Positions 21,486 to 33,779 of a stretch of DNA of 64,000 bases are shown here, piece after piece. The stretch spans positions 256,001 through 320,000 of the forward strand of contig CAVOHZ010000008.1 in NCBI GenBank assembly GCA_963695855.1, written 5' to 3'. The position numbers and the translations under genes are program-made. This DNA comes from an uncultured Nitrososphaerales archaeon. Lineage in GTDB: Archaea; Thermoproteota; Nitrososphaeria; Nitrososphaerales; Nitrososphaeraceae. The notes below the pieces were generated by a model, which worked only from the letters and a program-made list of their open reading frames with translations, was not told where the DNA came from and made no database searches. Each line of letters starts with the position of its first letter. Position 1 is the first letter of the stretch.

Positions 21486-22607
21486 TTGCAAGAATCATCT
21501 AAAGATCCTTCTTATGATGCCGCTGATGACGATATCAATATTCCATCCTCACAGCATTCTTCAAATGAAATTGAAAACTCATTAATAGATTCTACAAATA
21601 CTTTGTCATCTTCAGCTAACCTTGTTCAGGAAGGAATTATTGTGGGTAAAAAGATAGCAAAAATATCTGTAGTAACTCTTCTAGCCATTGGGATTGTTGA
21701 GATAATAACAGGATATCTGAGTGGTAGTGTGGTAGCTACTGCTGACGGAATCGACTCTATATCTGATTCCATGATATCGTTTATTGTATTACTAGGGCTT
21801 AGAATAGCCCACAGACCCGCGGACAAGAAATTCCATTTTGGATACCATAAGGTAGAGAGTTTTGCTGCATTAATTGCTGCAATAGGAATGATAGTAATAG
21901 GAATAATAATCTTCTATAATTCATATCAATCGTTAATACATCCTCATGAGATAAAAGAGCCAGTCTTGGTAATGATTGTGTTAGCTGGTGCTAGTGCTTT
22001 ATCATTACACAGAGCATTTCAAATGCGAAAGATTGCTAATAAATATAATCTTCTTTCACTTAAAACCGATGCCCGAAACTCTATAAAAGATGGGTCGGCT
22101 TCGGTAATAGGTTTCTTTAGTATACTAATAGCAACTCAGTTCGGATTTTTACAAATGGATGCCATTGGAGGAATGATAATCGCGGGATACATATTCTCTG
22201 TATCCTATATATCGTTGAAAAGATCATCTCTTATCCTTGTAGATTCATGGCAAAATCCTGAGTTGACAGAATTGATTAAAAAGATAATTTCAGAACAGTT
22301 CGGAAATGAAATGTTCGAAGTTAAAAACGTATTACTGCGATCTTCAGGTATGATTGACCAAGCAGAGATCCATATAGAATTTAGTGGTGATGAACCTTTG
22401 TCTGATATAGAAATGTTATCACTAGGAATTGAAATGGCAATTCGCTCTAAAATTCCATCTCTTGAAAAAATATCTATTATACCCCATTCATCTTCTAATT
22501 GTGAGAAGTCTGCTTCAGTAAAGACTAATGCTTTGCGTTACATTAAATGGAGACAATCAGCATTCAGATTTGATAGACATAAACAAACAAAAGAGAAGAA
22601 AAGATAA
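21486..22607 (+). CDS. Cation diffusion facilitator (CDF) transporter
   Basis: SGSVVATADGIDSISD, PADKKFHFGYHKVE, LKTDARNSIKD. Confidence 0.92.
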   Translation: MQESSKDPSYDAADDDINIPSSQHSSNEIENSLIDSTNTLSSSANLVQEGIIVGKKIAKISVVTLLAIGIVEIITGYLSGSVVATADGIDSISDSMISFIVLLGLRIAHRPADKKFHFGYHKVESFAALIAAIGMIVIGIIIFYNSYQSLIHPHEIKEPVLVMIVLAGASALSLHRAFQMRKIANKYNLLSLKTDARNSIKDGSASVIGFFSILIATQFGFLQMDAIGGMIIAGYIFSVSYISLKRSSLILVDSWQNPELTELIKKIISEQFGNEMFEVKNVLLRSSGMIDQAEIHIEFSGDEPLSDIEMLSLGIEMAIRSKIPSLEKISIIPHSSSNCEKSASVKTNALRYIKWRQSAFRFDRHKQTKEKKR

Positions 22608-22664
22608 AATGCATAATACCTTCAACTTTAAAAAGATGTTGAAAATAATAAATGTAAGAAAATA

Positions 22665-22750
22665 GATGGGCGCTAGGAAACTGTGGGCCCGTGGGGAGTT
22701 GAACAGTTACCTTATCCATGTTCGGTAACAAAATATCACTAGAGTAATAA
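22665..22750 (+). repeat. att-like site: left arm, core and arm C (tRNA T-loop-like)
   Basis: TAGATGGGCGCTAGGAAACTGTGGGCCCGTGGGGAGTTGAACAG; reverse complement reads GTTCAACTCCCCACGGGCCCA. Confidence 0.85.
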
Positions 22751-22755
22751 ATTAA

Positions 22756-22959
22756 TTAAAAAAAATAATCTTTGACTACATGACCGCAATCACGGCACTC
22801 TAGCCAATCAAAAGAGTCGTGTGGTAGGTCACCATCAATTAATTCCTCCTTTCTTGTGAGGCGTGGACCCAATTGAACAGAAATTCCTTCTTCCAGGCAA
22901 CTAGGACACCAACTCGTATTAGGGATATTTTCTGTATTGGTTTTATCTAACATTCGCAA
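22756..22959 (-). CDS. Small CxxC...CxxC zinc-finger protein, copy 1
   Basis: WCPSCLEEG...LECRDCG; near-identical to 47059-47262. Confidence 0.75.
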   Translation of the reverse strand: MRMLDKTNTENIPNTSWCPSCLEEGISVQLGPRLTRKEELIDGDLPHDSFDWLECRDCGHVVKDYFF

Positions 22960-23071
22960 GGCAGATCACTAGACTAATAAAATTATATATGTATAATGAT
23001 ATAATCTTCAATTTCATTATACTATAACACATTAGATAGATAGAAACTCAGGAGGGTCTAAAACAAAGTAG

Positions 23072-23180
23072 TGCCCGAGGAAACTGTGGGTCAGTCGGGA
23101 GTAATACCGATAGCGGTGCAAAAATAAGAGTCTAATATCCAAGTCCTACTACTATCTTGTATTTAGCTTTTATTATTAAT
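23072..23180 (+). repeat. att-like site: left arm, core, arm A and arm-B tail
   Basis: GCCCGAGGAAACTGTGGGTCAGTCGGGAGTAATACCGATAGCGGTGCAAAAATAAGAGTCTAAT...CTACTATCTTGTATTTAGCTTTTATTATT. Confidence 0.9.
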
Positions 23181-23999
23181 AAAAAATTTGTGTAAAATTA
23201 TCCGAATTTATGATGTTGTTATTTAACTAAATTGTTGAAGTTCCGAAAATGAGTCATTACTGCTACTTAGTCTATCAAAAGTGGCGAGAAACCATTTTCC
23301 AGTTACAAATGAAAAGGCCAATATTTCAGTATGACTATTTCCATTTATATCACCAGTTAATATCTGGTGTACCTAATTTACCAGATTTTCACTTCCATAT
23401 GTATTACCTAGTTTTTCCCATCCAAGACTATTATCACAACACCTTGAATCTACTTGTCCAAAATCAATTGTTGCTCTGCAGCAATCTAACTATTTCATTA
23501 TAATAGGTTATAATAAATGAGCAATTTCTTTATCTGTAATAAGATTATTGTACCATTTCTGTCCTTTGTTTATACCTTGATTCGATTCTATCCAAATTGG
23601 TTATTTTTAAATAAAAGTTAATGGTATGATATATGATTCACTTTTAGTAGCTTCATCAATTATAAAAATTTCTTTTCGGTTAAAATAAATTTACATTTAC
23701 CTGTCCTCGGCATTGTGACATCTCTTCTTTATTTTTAACTTTAAGAATGAAGGAATAAACATTTACTATTACCAAAAAAAGAAATCTTTTAATTAATGAG
23801 ACAGAAATATAAATAAATTATATTATTTCCAATAATAACCTTGAAATTCTCTATAAAGAATATTAATTTGGAAATAATAATTAATACTCCCAATAGTTAA
23901 GTATAAACAAAGATAAACACTAGATTGAAGATCATTTATGCCAAAATTACAAAAGATGAAAAAGAGTTTCTAAACTTCCTTGTTTTTGTTTATACCTAA

Positions 24000-24421
24000 C
24001 ATCATATGAATATCATTCAAAATTATCAAATTGGTATGAATTCGATATTTTCGATATATCCCTATCGTCTTTTTCTATTTTTCTAAGATTGATTTGCATT
24101 ATTTCTGAATCCTCAAACTCCATTAATGGATAATATATGAATTGTCTAGAATCCAGTTCAGATTTTAATTCACCCATATAATCATTATTTAACAGTTCTA
24201 CGAGAATTGTTTTTCTTAGATTATCTGTAGATATAGCCTTGTCTGTATTCTCCTTATAATAAAATGCTAACTCTTTTGTAGTTACTGCAATTATCTTCTC
24301 TTCTTTCCCATCCTTTTCGTCTTTTTTATTTTTAGAGCCTATCAGTGGAAGAAATATCTCCCTATAAAATTTGATTTTGTAGGAGGGAATTCCACTAATG
24401 TTTTGAGTGATATGTAAAACT
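24000..24421 (-). pseudogene. Gene remnant cut by IS6; possibly the C-terminus of a mobile-element replication protein
   Basis: Manual translation: VLHITQNISGIPSYKIKFYREIFLP...IIAVTTKELA...RQFIYYPL; family assignment is recollection, not verified. Confidence 0.45.
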
Positions 24422-25144
24422 GGTGCTGTTAACTTAAGGAAAGAGCTATAGCTGTGAAGGTTCTATTCTAACAATATATGCTGTTAAGATTTGTCAGAAA
24501 TAGAACATCCACATGTATAGTAATGTATTCTTTGTATTTGTACTTTCTTGGTCTCAGTCTACGTAATTCATCCAAAGCATTGGAACTGTTTAAGGACCAA
24601 AAAAGAAGTTATGTTGCTGTTTGGAAATGGATTCAACGATTTGGTTCATTACAGATTTACAAGAGAAAAAGAGTATCAGCATTCATCATAGATGAAACTA
24701 TAATTCAGATTGGTAATCAACATTTCTGGTTGTGGATCTGTATTGAACCTGTTCACAGATCTGTGCTTGGGATCTACATCTCAGAAGAGAGAAACATGTT
24801 TGTAGCAGAGAATTTTATCCGATCTCTTGTATCCAAATATGGTAGACATACAGTATACACAGATGGTGGTACGTGGTATCCACAAGCATGTAACTTTTTA
24901 AATCTGAAACATCGATTACATTCACCCTTAGAGAAAAGTCTGATTGAAAGAATGATGCAGTATTTCAAGGATAGGACAGAATCTTTTGATGATTACTATC
25001 CATGTATCAACAACCAAAAGAAAAATTGTGATCTACAACATGTATACAATTGGATCAAGTTATTCATATATCTGTATAATGCAAAAATCAGAAAGAAATT
25101 TCTATTCGAAATTGGAGGTGAAATAATCTTAAGTTAACAGCACC
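24422..25144 (+). mobile_element. Intact IS6-family element; transposase 24478-25137
   Basis: Perfect 17-bp inverted repeats GGTGCTGTTAACTTAAG at 24422-24438 and 25128-25144; DDE motifs. Confidence 0.93.
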
Positions 25145-25512
25145 TCCCTTTATTTTATAGATACTGTTTTTTATTAGCAGCGTCTTTCACAACCCTCTTT
25201 TCCTTCTCTTGTTACATTCTCCAATTTTAAATAAATTCACATGGTGTATGAATTCATTGTACAGAACATATTCTATTCTGGTTATAATCTAACAATGTGT
25301 TCTTATTGTCCGTTCCTTTTCCTGTTGGTTCTGAAAATTACATGACCTTGTTTTTTCTCTATACGTCTTGTGGGACGATCCAATGTATCGGTTTAGTTCT
25401 GATCATGTATTGTAGTAAATATGTTCCTGGTTCAATACGTGTGCATATAAAGATTTTCTAAGCTGTTCATTTTCTTTGAACTGTTGTCCGTTCTTATAAT
25501 TCGGACATCAGA

Positions 25513-26610
25513 TCATCGCCTCTCTGCCGCGAATTCCTTTGATAACGCTTCAATTAATTCTCGTTCCCTTGGATTTAGCTTATCAGGAACTCTTACGTTA
25601 ATGTGGACGAGCTCATCTCCTCGGCCTTGGCCATAGTTTATTCCTTCTCCCCTCAGCCGGAGCATCGTGCCGTTTTGAGTTCCGGGAAACACTTCGATTG
25701 TCCTCTCACTTGTTAGCGTCGGAATTTTTATCCGAGCTCCCAGAGCAGCCTGAGCAAAATTGATATTGGCTTCATATACAAGGTTAAACCCTTTCCTCGT
25801 CAGATATGGATGAGGTTTGATTTCTATCGTCAAGTAAAAGTCTCCAGGAGAGCCACCGTAAGGACCGTCTTCACCCTGTCCTCGCAGGACCAAATGGTCA
25901 CCATTATCAATGCCAGGAGGTACTTTAACTTTGATCCGTGTTCTATTTTCCTCAAGTCCATTACCTCCGCATATCTTGCAAGGCTTCTCGGCTACCTCTC
26001 CTCTGCCATTGCAGCGGCTACATGAAACTATCACCTGCCCAAATCCTGACACGACTTTGTGTTCAATTCTCCCCGATCCCCTGCATTCGGGGCAGATCAT
26101 CGACTTGCTATTTAACTCAACACCTGATCCTTTACACTTACTGCATCTCTTTAGCCTAGGTAGAGTAACTTCAAATTCAGTGCCAAAAGCCGCCTGTTCT
26201 AGCGTGATTACCGTCTTGGCTTCTAGGTCACGGCCATGATGGGACTGTTGTTGTTGATCCTGTTGAAAGGTGAAACCACCTCCTCGGAAGATTCGATTAA
26301 AGAGATCATCTGCATTAAATCCAAACTCTGAAAAGATATCTCGGAATGTTCCTCGGTTGAAGATGTCTTCCTGCTTGTATTGTTGCTTTATCCCTTCAAA
26401 GCCTTGTGCATCATATTGTTTCCTCTTGTCCGGATCTGACAGAATGGCATACGCTTCAGATACTTCCTTGAATCTTTCTTCAGCGTCGGACATCTTATTT
26501 CTATCGGGGTGATATTTGAATGCGAGCTTGCGGAATGCACGCTTGATTTCGTCTTTAGACGCATCCCGTCCAACCCCCAAGACATCATAAAAATCCAGTT
26601 TGTTGGCCAA
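25513..26610 (-). CDS. dnaJ: Class A J-domain chaperone DnaJ
   Basis: HPD motif, G/F-rich linker, four CxxCxGxG repeats, C-terminal domain. Confidence 0.96.
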   Translation of the reverse strand: MANKLDFYDVLGVGRDASKDEIKRAFRKLAFKYHPDRNKMSDAEERFKEVSEAYAILSDPDKRKQYDAQGFEGIKQQYKQEDIFNRGTFRDIFSEFGFNADDLFNRIFRGGGFTFQQDQQQQSHHGRDLEAKTVITLEQAAFGTEFEVTLPRLKRCSKCKGSGVELNSKSMICPECRGSGRIEHKVVSGFGQVIVSCSRCNGRGEVAEKPCKICGGNGLEENRTRIKVKVPPGIDNGDHLVLRGQGEDGPYGGSPGDFYLTIEIKPHPYLTRKGFNLVYEANINFAQAALGARIKIPTLTSERTIEVFPGTQNGTMLRLRGEGINYGQGRGDELVHINVRVPDKLNPRERELIEALSKEFAAERR

Positions 26611-26660
26611 ACTAAATCATCAGGAACAAATCAAAACAGAGTAAAAAAGAGAAGAATATG

Positions 26661-28544
26661 CTATTTCTTATCCTCGTCTACGACCCTGTACTCTGCCTCG
26701 ACTGTTTTCTTTCCTTGTTGCTGTTCTTCTTGAGGTGGTGGTGGAGCTTCCTGACTTGCTTTTTCCTGTGCTCTTTGAGATGCTGCCTGTTCGTAGATTG
26801 TCGCTCCTGCCTCTTGCACTACTCTTCTAAGCTCCTCAACCTTGGAGCTGATTTCGGCCAGACCTCCGGTCTTCAGGGAACCTTTTAGCGACTGAATGGC
26901 CTCCTCTAACTTGGCCTTTTGCTCTTGTGTGAGCTTGTCACCGATCTCTCTCAGCGTCTTTTCTGACGTGTAGATCACAGAGTCGGCCGTGTTTCGAATC
27001 TCTGCCTCTTCTTTAGCACGTTTGTCTTGCTCGTTGAATTGTTCTGCCTCTCTTATCATTCGATTCTTCTCAGTTTGACCAAGCTTGGTTGAAGCTGCAA
27101 TCTTGATACCCATCTGCTTGCCGGTTGCCAAGTCTTTAGCTGAAACGTTGAGAACACCATCTGCATTAATGTCAAATGTAACGTCTACCTGAGGGACGCC
27201 TCGAGGTGCAGGCGGAATGCCTGTCAGATCAAATCTTCCCAAGCTGATATCGTCCTTCGCCATAGTGCGTTCACCTTGAAGCACGTGTATTGTGACAGCC
27301 GTTTGAGAGTCAGCAGCAGTCGTGAATGTCTGACTCTGCTTAGTTGGTATCGTCGTGTTCCGCTCGATGATCTTGGTAAAGACGCCACCAAGGGTTTCAA
27401 CCCCCAGGGAAAGAGGTGTTACATCAAGGAGCACTATATCTGTAATCTCCCCTGAAATTACAGCTCCCTGAATGGCAGCACCAATGGCGACGCACTCCAT
27501 TGGGTCGATACTTCTCTCAGGCTTTTTTCCAATTATGTCTTCGATAAATTGTTGAACAAGTGGCATCTTCGTCTGTCCGCCTATAAGGATTATCTTGTCT
27601 ATCTGCACCGGCGTCAACTTTGCGTCTGATAAAGTTTTCAAAACAGGATCCCTAATCCTTTCCACTATGGGTCTAGTTAGTTGTTCTAGTTTGGATCTAG
27701 TTAGAGTCACATGGAGGTTCTTCGGGCCTGTAGCATCAGAGGTAATGTACGGGAGCTCTATGTCTGTGGTAATTAAGGTTGACAACGCTATCTTCGCTTG
27801 TTCGGCTGCCTCTTTCAAGCGAGCTATGGCTTTCATATCACCACTGAGGTCGATTCCAGTTTCTCGCTTGAATTCAGAGATTATATAATCCATCACCGCT
27901 TGGTCCAGGTCCGTTCCCCCTGTTTTCGTGTCTCCACTTGTGGCTAAAACCTCGAAAACGCCTCCCCCAAATTCCATCACCGTGGTATCGTTTGTTCCAC
28001 CACCGAAACTGAAGACCAGAATTTTTAATTCTTGTCCTGCTTTGTCTAGACCATAAGCCAGTGCTGCTGCCGTCGGCTCATTGACAACCCTTGTTATTTT
28101 TAGGCCTGCAATCTCGCCCGCATCTATCGTTGCTTGGCGCTCATTATCATTAAAATGTGCTGGAACAGTGATTACGGCTTTAGTAACCTTCTCACCGAGA
28201 AAGGTTTCAGCATCGCGCAGAATCTTCTGTAGGATGAAACCTGAGATTTGCTGTGGTGTGTACTCTTTGCCAAAGATATTTACCTTATTGTTTGTCCCCA
28301 TCTTGCGCTTTATTTCACGTATCGTACCCTCTGGGTTAACTATGGCTTGTCTTCTTGCTGGCTCACCGACAAGCAGTTGTCCGCCTTTAGTAAGAGCTAC
28401 AACAGAGGGGAACATTTTTCCTGCCGCGGTGGGTCCTTCAGCGCTTGGAATTATGGTCGGTTTTCCCCCGATAGTTACGGCCGCAGCAGAATTTGTAGTT
28501 CCTAGGTCTATGCCTAATACTCTTTCTCTTTTTTCGCTACTCAT
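26661..28544 (-). CDS. dnaK: Hsp70 chaperone DnaK
   Basis: [47 protein letters not shown]. Confidence 0.97.
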   Translation of the reverse strand: MSSEKRERVLGIDLGTTNSAAAVTIGGKPTIIPSAEGPTAAGKMFPSVVALTKGGQLLVGEPARRQAIVNPEGTIREIKRKMGTNNKVNIFGKEYTPQQISGFILQKILRDAETFLGEKVTKAVITVPAHFNDNERQATIDAGEIAGLKITRVVNEPTAAALAYGLDKAGQELKILVFSFGGGTNDTTVMEFGGGVFEVLATSGDTKTGGTDLDQAVMDYIISEFKRETGIDLSGDMKAIARLKEAAEQAKIALSTLITTDIELPYITSDATGPKNLHVTLTRSKLEQLTRPIVERIRDPVLKTLSDAKLTPVQIDKIILIGGQTKMPLVQQFIEDIIGKKPERSIDPMECVAIGAAIQGAVISGEITDIVLLDVTPLSLGVETLGGVFTKIIERNTTIPTKQSQTFTTAADSQTAVTIHVLQGERTMAKDDISLGRFDLTGIPPAPRGVPQVDVTFDINADGVLNVSAKDLATGKQMGIKIAASTKLGQTEKNRMIREAEQFNEQDKRAKEEAEIRNTADSVIYTSEKTLREIGDKLTQEQKAKLEEAIQSLKGSLKTGGLAEISSKVEELRRVVQEAGATIYEQAASQRAQEKASQEAPPPPQEEQQQGKKTVEAEYRVVDEDKK

Positions 28545-29109
28545 TTAGCCTCCCCCTCCTTGGAACATTAGAGCTCGGAATTGAAGATACTTTTACCATG
28601 CTTGGTTTTAGCAGATTCCCTCTAAAAAGGTAGCCCTTTCTGACCTCCTCTATAACTGTCCCTTCGGGATGATCTGACGTCTCAATTTCCAGTACAGCTT
28701 CATGTAAATGTGGGTCGAAAGGTTTTCCCACAGATTCTATAGGACACAATCCTTCGTTAGTCAGCACATTCCAGAGTTTTCTCCTAACCATTTCTATCGC
28801 CTCTAAGATGTTAGTATTAGCCATTTTTCTAGCCTCTTCTACGGCGAGATCGATTTCTTCTGCGACGAGTAGGATTTGCATGATGAGCCGCTTCTTTTCC
28901 TTTGTCACAGCATCATCGATTCGTCTCTCCGTGTTCTTTTGAAGGTTTTCAAGATCAGCCCTAGCATATTTAAGCTGGGTGAGGTAAGTGTCTTCAAGTT
29001 TGCTCATACGCTTTAGTGAAGCGTCAAGTTCAGAAACTTTTCTGATGTAACTAGCTTCTTTTTCATAGTTTTCATCGTTGGCATCTCCTTCATCGGAATT
29101 CGGACACAT
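28537..29109 (-). CDS. grpE: Nucleotide exchange factor GrpE
   Basis: [34 protein letters not shown]; overlaps the dnaK start. Confidence 0.95.
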   Translation of the reverse strand: MCPNSDEGDANDENYEKEASYIRKVSELDASLKRMSKLEDTYLTQLKYARADLENLQKNTERRIDDAVTKEKKRLIMQILLVAEEIDLAVEEARKMANTNILEAIEMVRRKLWNVLTNEGLCPIESVGKPFDPHLHEAVLEIETSDHPEGTVIEEVRKGYLFRGNLLKPSMVKVSSIPSSNVPRRGRLNE

Positions 29110-30083
29110 TTTGAACCTTATTTTCTGGTTATGTGGGCTCTATATTTTATTTTCTTTCCTAATCCTCTCTGCCTACTCGAATACCACGTATCAAATGTTA
29201 CCATTGATCAGCATAGACATAGAAAAACATCATTTGTAATAAACGAGCCTTAACTTTGTTCAACCAAATCCCAACCTAAAAATAACAGGTCCCTACAAGA
29301 AAGCAGAATTCCTTGCTATGTCTACCAATTCATATAGGATGATGAAAATGACCCTACTTTTAGACACCTTTTTGGCTTTTGAAGAGATACTTCCCTTATC
29401 ATTTAACGATTTCCGCCTTAAACCTGCCTTCCTTCATTTTCAAATCTTGTCTTTGATTCGTTCTAGCCAAGTAAATAGGTTGTATGCTTGCTATCTTATC
29501 TACATATGCAATTATCTAAACTGTATGACTATAATATCAAGTTAATGTCAGAATACGTATATTATGAGTGATTATTTGCCAATTCCACTTAACAGTGGAA
29601 TTTTCGAAGTGTTAAGAGCAGGATATATATTTTCCTTTGGTTTTAAATTGGAGGCTGTGAATATTTGCTCTCAAATATTTTATTGAATCAATATTACTAC
29701 TTTGTCCTGCCAACAGCAACAAAGATTATATTAATAGTATTTTACTTTGTCTATATCGAATTTAAATAAATGCTGAAATAGCAAATTTATAAGGAGAAAT
29801 TAGCAGGGGGCAAGAATTTAGAATTCATAAAAAAAACGGGAATCTAAATATGGTAAAAAAGAAGATAAAACCAAAGCAAGAAAAACAAATTGTTGAGAGG
29901 ATATCTATTTCCACCCTTTGTCTCTGAAACGATGATCGATCATAAATTTTTTATATCATTCTGAATTCATGAATTCAGCAGTTGCTTTTTCTGAATATCA
30001 GATAATTTCAGGATGTAAGACTTGGGCACATGTTAACAGCATTGTAATATTCCATCTAGTTATTCTTGTAAAATGATAATGAT

Positions 30084-31214
30084 TATACCAATTAATATAA
30101 TTATGCTAACATTAATTTAACATAAGGCTCATACACTTTAGACAATAATAGATTTAGCTAAGAAAGGAAGCATACAGTTTATCCATTTGATTGAGACAAT
30201 AATCTTTCTAGGAAAAGATTTGAACAAGTGTATAAACGAGAATCGGATGCAGGTGTAAAGGAAAGAATGTTGCTTGTGTTAAACGTAGTATATGACAAAA
30301 GGATCTCTGCACAGGTGGCAAGAGATCTGCACAGAAGTAGGCCATGGGCTTCTGATTGGTTAATGAGGTACAGGAAAGAAGGTATAGAAGGATTAAAAAA
30401 CAGACCAAAAAGTGGTAGACCTCCAGATATACCAGAAGAGATAGTATACAAGATAAAAACCCAACTATCATCAAGCAAACAAGGATGGACTACAAAACAG
30501 GTTTATGATATCATAATACGAGAAAGTGGTGTACAATATCATCAGATTTACATCTACACATTACTTCGAAGATGGGGATTCAAACAGAAGGTACCAAGAA
30601 AAGTACATGTAAATACTGCATCTAACGAGGAAAAAGAACGTTTTAAAAAAGAGCAAGAAAGATACTGGATAATCTCCAAGAAGGATTCACGGTAGTATCT
30701 ACTGATGAATCATTCTTTTTCTTTGACTCTCTTGTAAGAAGAGTATGGATAAAGAATGATGAACGACCTGTAGTAAGAATTACTGGATCCCATCAGGAGT
30801 CAGTCTTATTTGGTGCCACAAGCCTTGAAGGAAAACAGTTATTCAGACAGTACTACTGGTTTGATGAAGATAGCTTTTTAGACTATCCAAAAAAATACAT
30901 AGAAAGTTTCCAAAATGTTATCTGTTTCTTGATAAGGCAAAACAGCATTACAGATCAAAAAAGGTACTGAGATATTTTGCTGACAATAAAGATAGTTTAA
31001 TTCCAGTATATCTTCCAACAGCATCTCCTGAATTCATGGTACTGGAAGAGATATGGCATATAGCCAAAAACGATCTGCTTGTTCTACAATACTATTCATC
31101 CTTTACCAATTTCAGAAATAAGATATCTAAATATTTTAGAACAAAAAGATTCAATCTGGATATGAGGAACTATCTAGTTGGAGGTGAGTAAGAATATTTA
31201 TCTTAATTGGTATA
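30084..31214 (+). mobile_element. IS630-family element (orfA 30228-30695 plus orfB through slippery TTTTAAAAAAG; extra frameshift near 30890)
   Basis: HTH orfA; orfB with DESFF, FLDKA, SPEF; imperfect inverted repeats starting TATACCAATTAA. Confidence 0.88.
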
Positions 31215-32345
31215 GTTTGACAAATCAATTTTATAACAACAGCTTTAGCTAACCATCACGTCGTACATATTGTGAGGAATACCTATCTTAGAGAAATAAG
31301 TACAAAGGAAATGGATCACCTTCACTGGTTGCTCGATAACGATCCAGAATCAGGCTATCAAGCCAAAATGATCTTGCTTAGAGATGAAGGATACACAGTA
31401 CCTGAGATACGAAGAATTACAAACCATCATGATAACAACATACGTAAATGGATCCACAGATTCAATGGAAAAGGTATTGATGGTATTATATCTAGAAAAC
31501 ATGTACGTAATGCTCAAAAGATTACAGAGGATATAGAAAACAAGATTGTAGAGATAGCATCTAACGATCCTCGGAGAAAGTACAAACTGAAATTCTCTAC
31601 ATGGTCATTACGTGTACTTGCAGGATACATAATGAAAGAAAAGAAGTTGGTAGAGAGTATCAGTCATACTGAAGTAAAGAATGTGCTGGTAAAACATGGT
31701 ATTGAATGGAGGAATTCAAAGACAGTAATGGGTAAAAGCAGAGACCCTGAGTATGAATTGAAAAAAAGAGAATTGAAGAACTAAGGTACAGTACACCTTC
31801 TGATTCCATCTTGCTATATGAGGATGAGAAAGGTTCTATTGCAGCAAAGACATATGGCGGTCCATCATGGTGTTCCACACAAGCCAAGGTAGAAAAGGCA
31901 CAGAAGATAAAAGGTATTCTGAATGTATTTGGTATCTATGATCATACCAACGATACAATGTTTACTCACTGTTATAAAACTAAGACCAGTGACCAGTTTA
32001 TAGATTTTATAAAAAGAGTTGATTCCAGATATGATTCCAGTCACAATATTTGTTGTATTAGATAATGCATCTATACACAGGTCAAAAAAGACAAGAAATG
32101 CAATAACACGTTATCATCCCAGAATAGTTCCTGTATTCCTGCCAACCAGATCTCCAGAACTGAACCTGATAGAGGTAAGATGGATGTGGTTACAGAGACA
32201 GGCCATAAACAATTCTATATTTAGAAATGAATCTGATATTGGAAAAGCAGTATCTAATTGGACATGTAACTATAACACTAATCATAGAAATATAACTAGA
32301 GATAGTTTACATAATGAACTCATCTATTTATTCACATAACTGTTA
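31215..32345 (+). mobile_element. Second, different IS630-family element (ORFs 31272-31784, 31811-32065, 32019-32339), probably inactivated
   Basis: LYEDEKG, VLDNASIH, SPELNLIE; frameshift at duplicated GATTCCAG near 32021-32040. Confidence 0.85.
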
Positions 32346-32959
32346 ACGTAAGAGTACCTGAGCTAAAGCTCGTTCTATCAAAGTATCTTGATAACACTGG
32401 TACAATATTGATGAGATATGAGATACTTAGTCTGGGTATCTAATAAAACAAATTTTCAAAAAATCCTTTTTCATAAAACAATGAATTTATAATGCGACAT
32501 GTACGAATATTTCAAATGTATTTGAATTGTAGCTCGTGTAAGAAGGAGTTTAATGATTTTGTTGAAGGAGTAAAATATTCCAGCTCAGTCATGGGTATTA
32601 TATCATTTTGTTCAGATAACTGTTGTAAAGCATATCTTAATGAAAAATTGAAATAGCTAAATTTCTTAATATCATTTCATCTAAAAGAATAGGAAATATA
32701 ATATAATTTGTTGTTCCTATTGTTTAATATGAGAAATGAAGTTATTGATTTTAAGATTGGAAGTCATTTTAGTTTTTAAATTGTTATAATTTATTTTTAC
32801 AAAAAAAATTTATTTTATATATTATTCTTAAATAGTTTGATTAGATATTTTATATGCTTAGCAAAAATATATGATAACAGTGACAACCAATTGATAACAT
32901 AAAATAACAAATGATAGCAATGATGATATCATTCATTAACTGCTTTTTTATTGCAATCA

Positions 32960-33333
32960 ACAATGACTGAAATCATAAATAAATTTGGAAAAGAGAAAAA
33001 AGTTATAAATTACATTTACAAGGTAAAACTATTCCTGATATTGCTATAGAGGTTCATATTGTCATTTGGAGATATTTCAAAAAAATAAAGAATATGACAG
33101 AAAAATAAGATTAGAAACACAAAATGGTCTATCGAATGGCATCATTAATCAAATAAAAAGAATTTCAAAATGTAGTAGATCCTATGAATTATTGTTACAA
33201 GGAAAGACGCCAGTAGAAGTTGCAATTGAAATAAATTTATGTTATCACGAAATAAGAAAACATTAGAGAGAATATTTGAGACTGCGAAAAATGAATGAGT
33301 TGTATCAGATATATATTGATAATGAATATCAGC
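32960..33333 (+). pseudogene. Remnant of a tandem-HTH protein, ending at an att-like site
   Basis: QGKTIPDIAIEVH and ELLLQGKTPVEVAIEINL repeats in shifting frames. Confidence 0.55.
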
Positions 33334-33412
33334 ACGAGCCCGTCGGAAGTAACACCAATAGAGCTGCAAAAATAAGAGTCTAATGTGATAGTATAATGGA
33401 TAATATTTAAGA
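33334..33412 (+). repeat. att-like site, core plus arm A
   Basis: ACGAGCCCGTCGGAAGTAACACCAATAGAGCTGCAAAAATAAGAGTCTAATGTGATAGTATAATGGATAATATTTAA. Confidence 0.85.
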
Positions 33413-33779
33413 GATCATAGGTATTCTATCTTCAGTAAATTTGAATTCTCTAAAAACCAACTTTTTATTTATTTATTATCGTTAAACACTTATCATTATT
33501 TTGTATGTGAAAGTAATCCACCAAATGGGCGTGAAGATTCTCCATAGGTTATGATATATACTTCTTTTTTTCTCTCTGCATTAGATTGATTAAGGTTAGT
33601 GCCGCAAATATACATTATAGAGATTTTAGTGGTAATTATAATATACCATTACAGGTATTTAAGTGTTCGTATTTAAGTGTTCAAGAATGGAGAACTTTTT
33701 TGTGTTGTATTCGAATTTTGACTATAAAACGAGAATTGCAATTATTATACTTATATTCTTTAATTTCTTTTATTTATAG

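Noticed and set aside
23200-23620. Coding-like minus-strand stretch and ORF 23249-23503
   Set aside because: Multiple stops and no recognisable family.
25810-28548. Several plus-strand ORFs of 70-155 aa
   Set aside because: Antisense shadows of dnaJ and dnaK, expected in GC-richer DNA.
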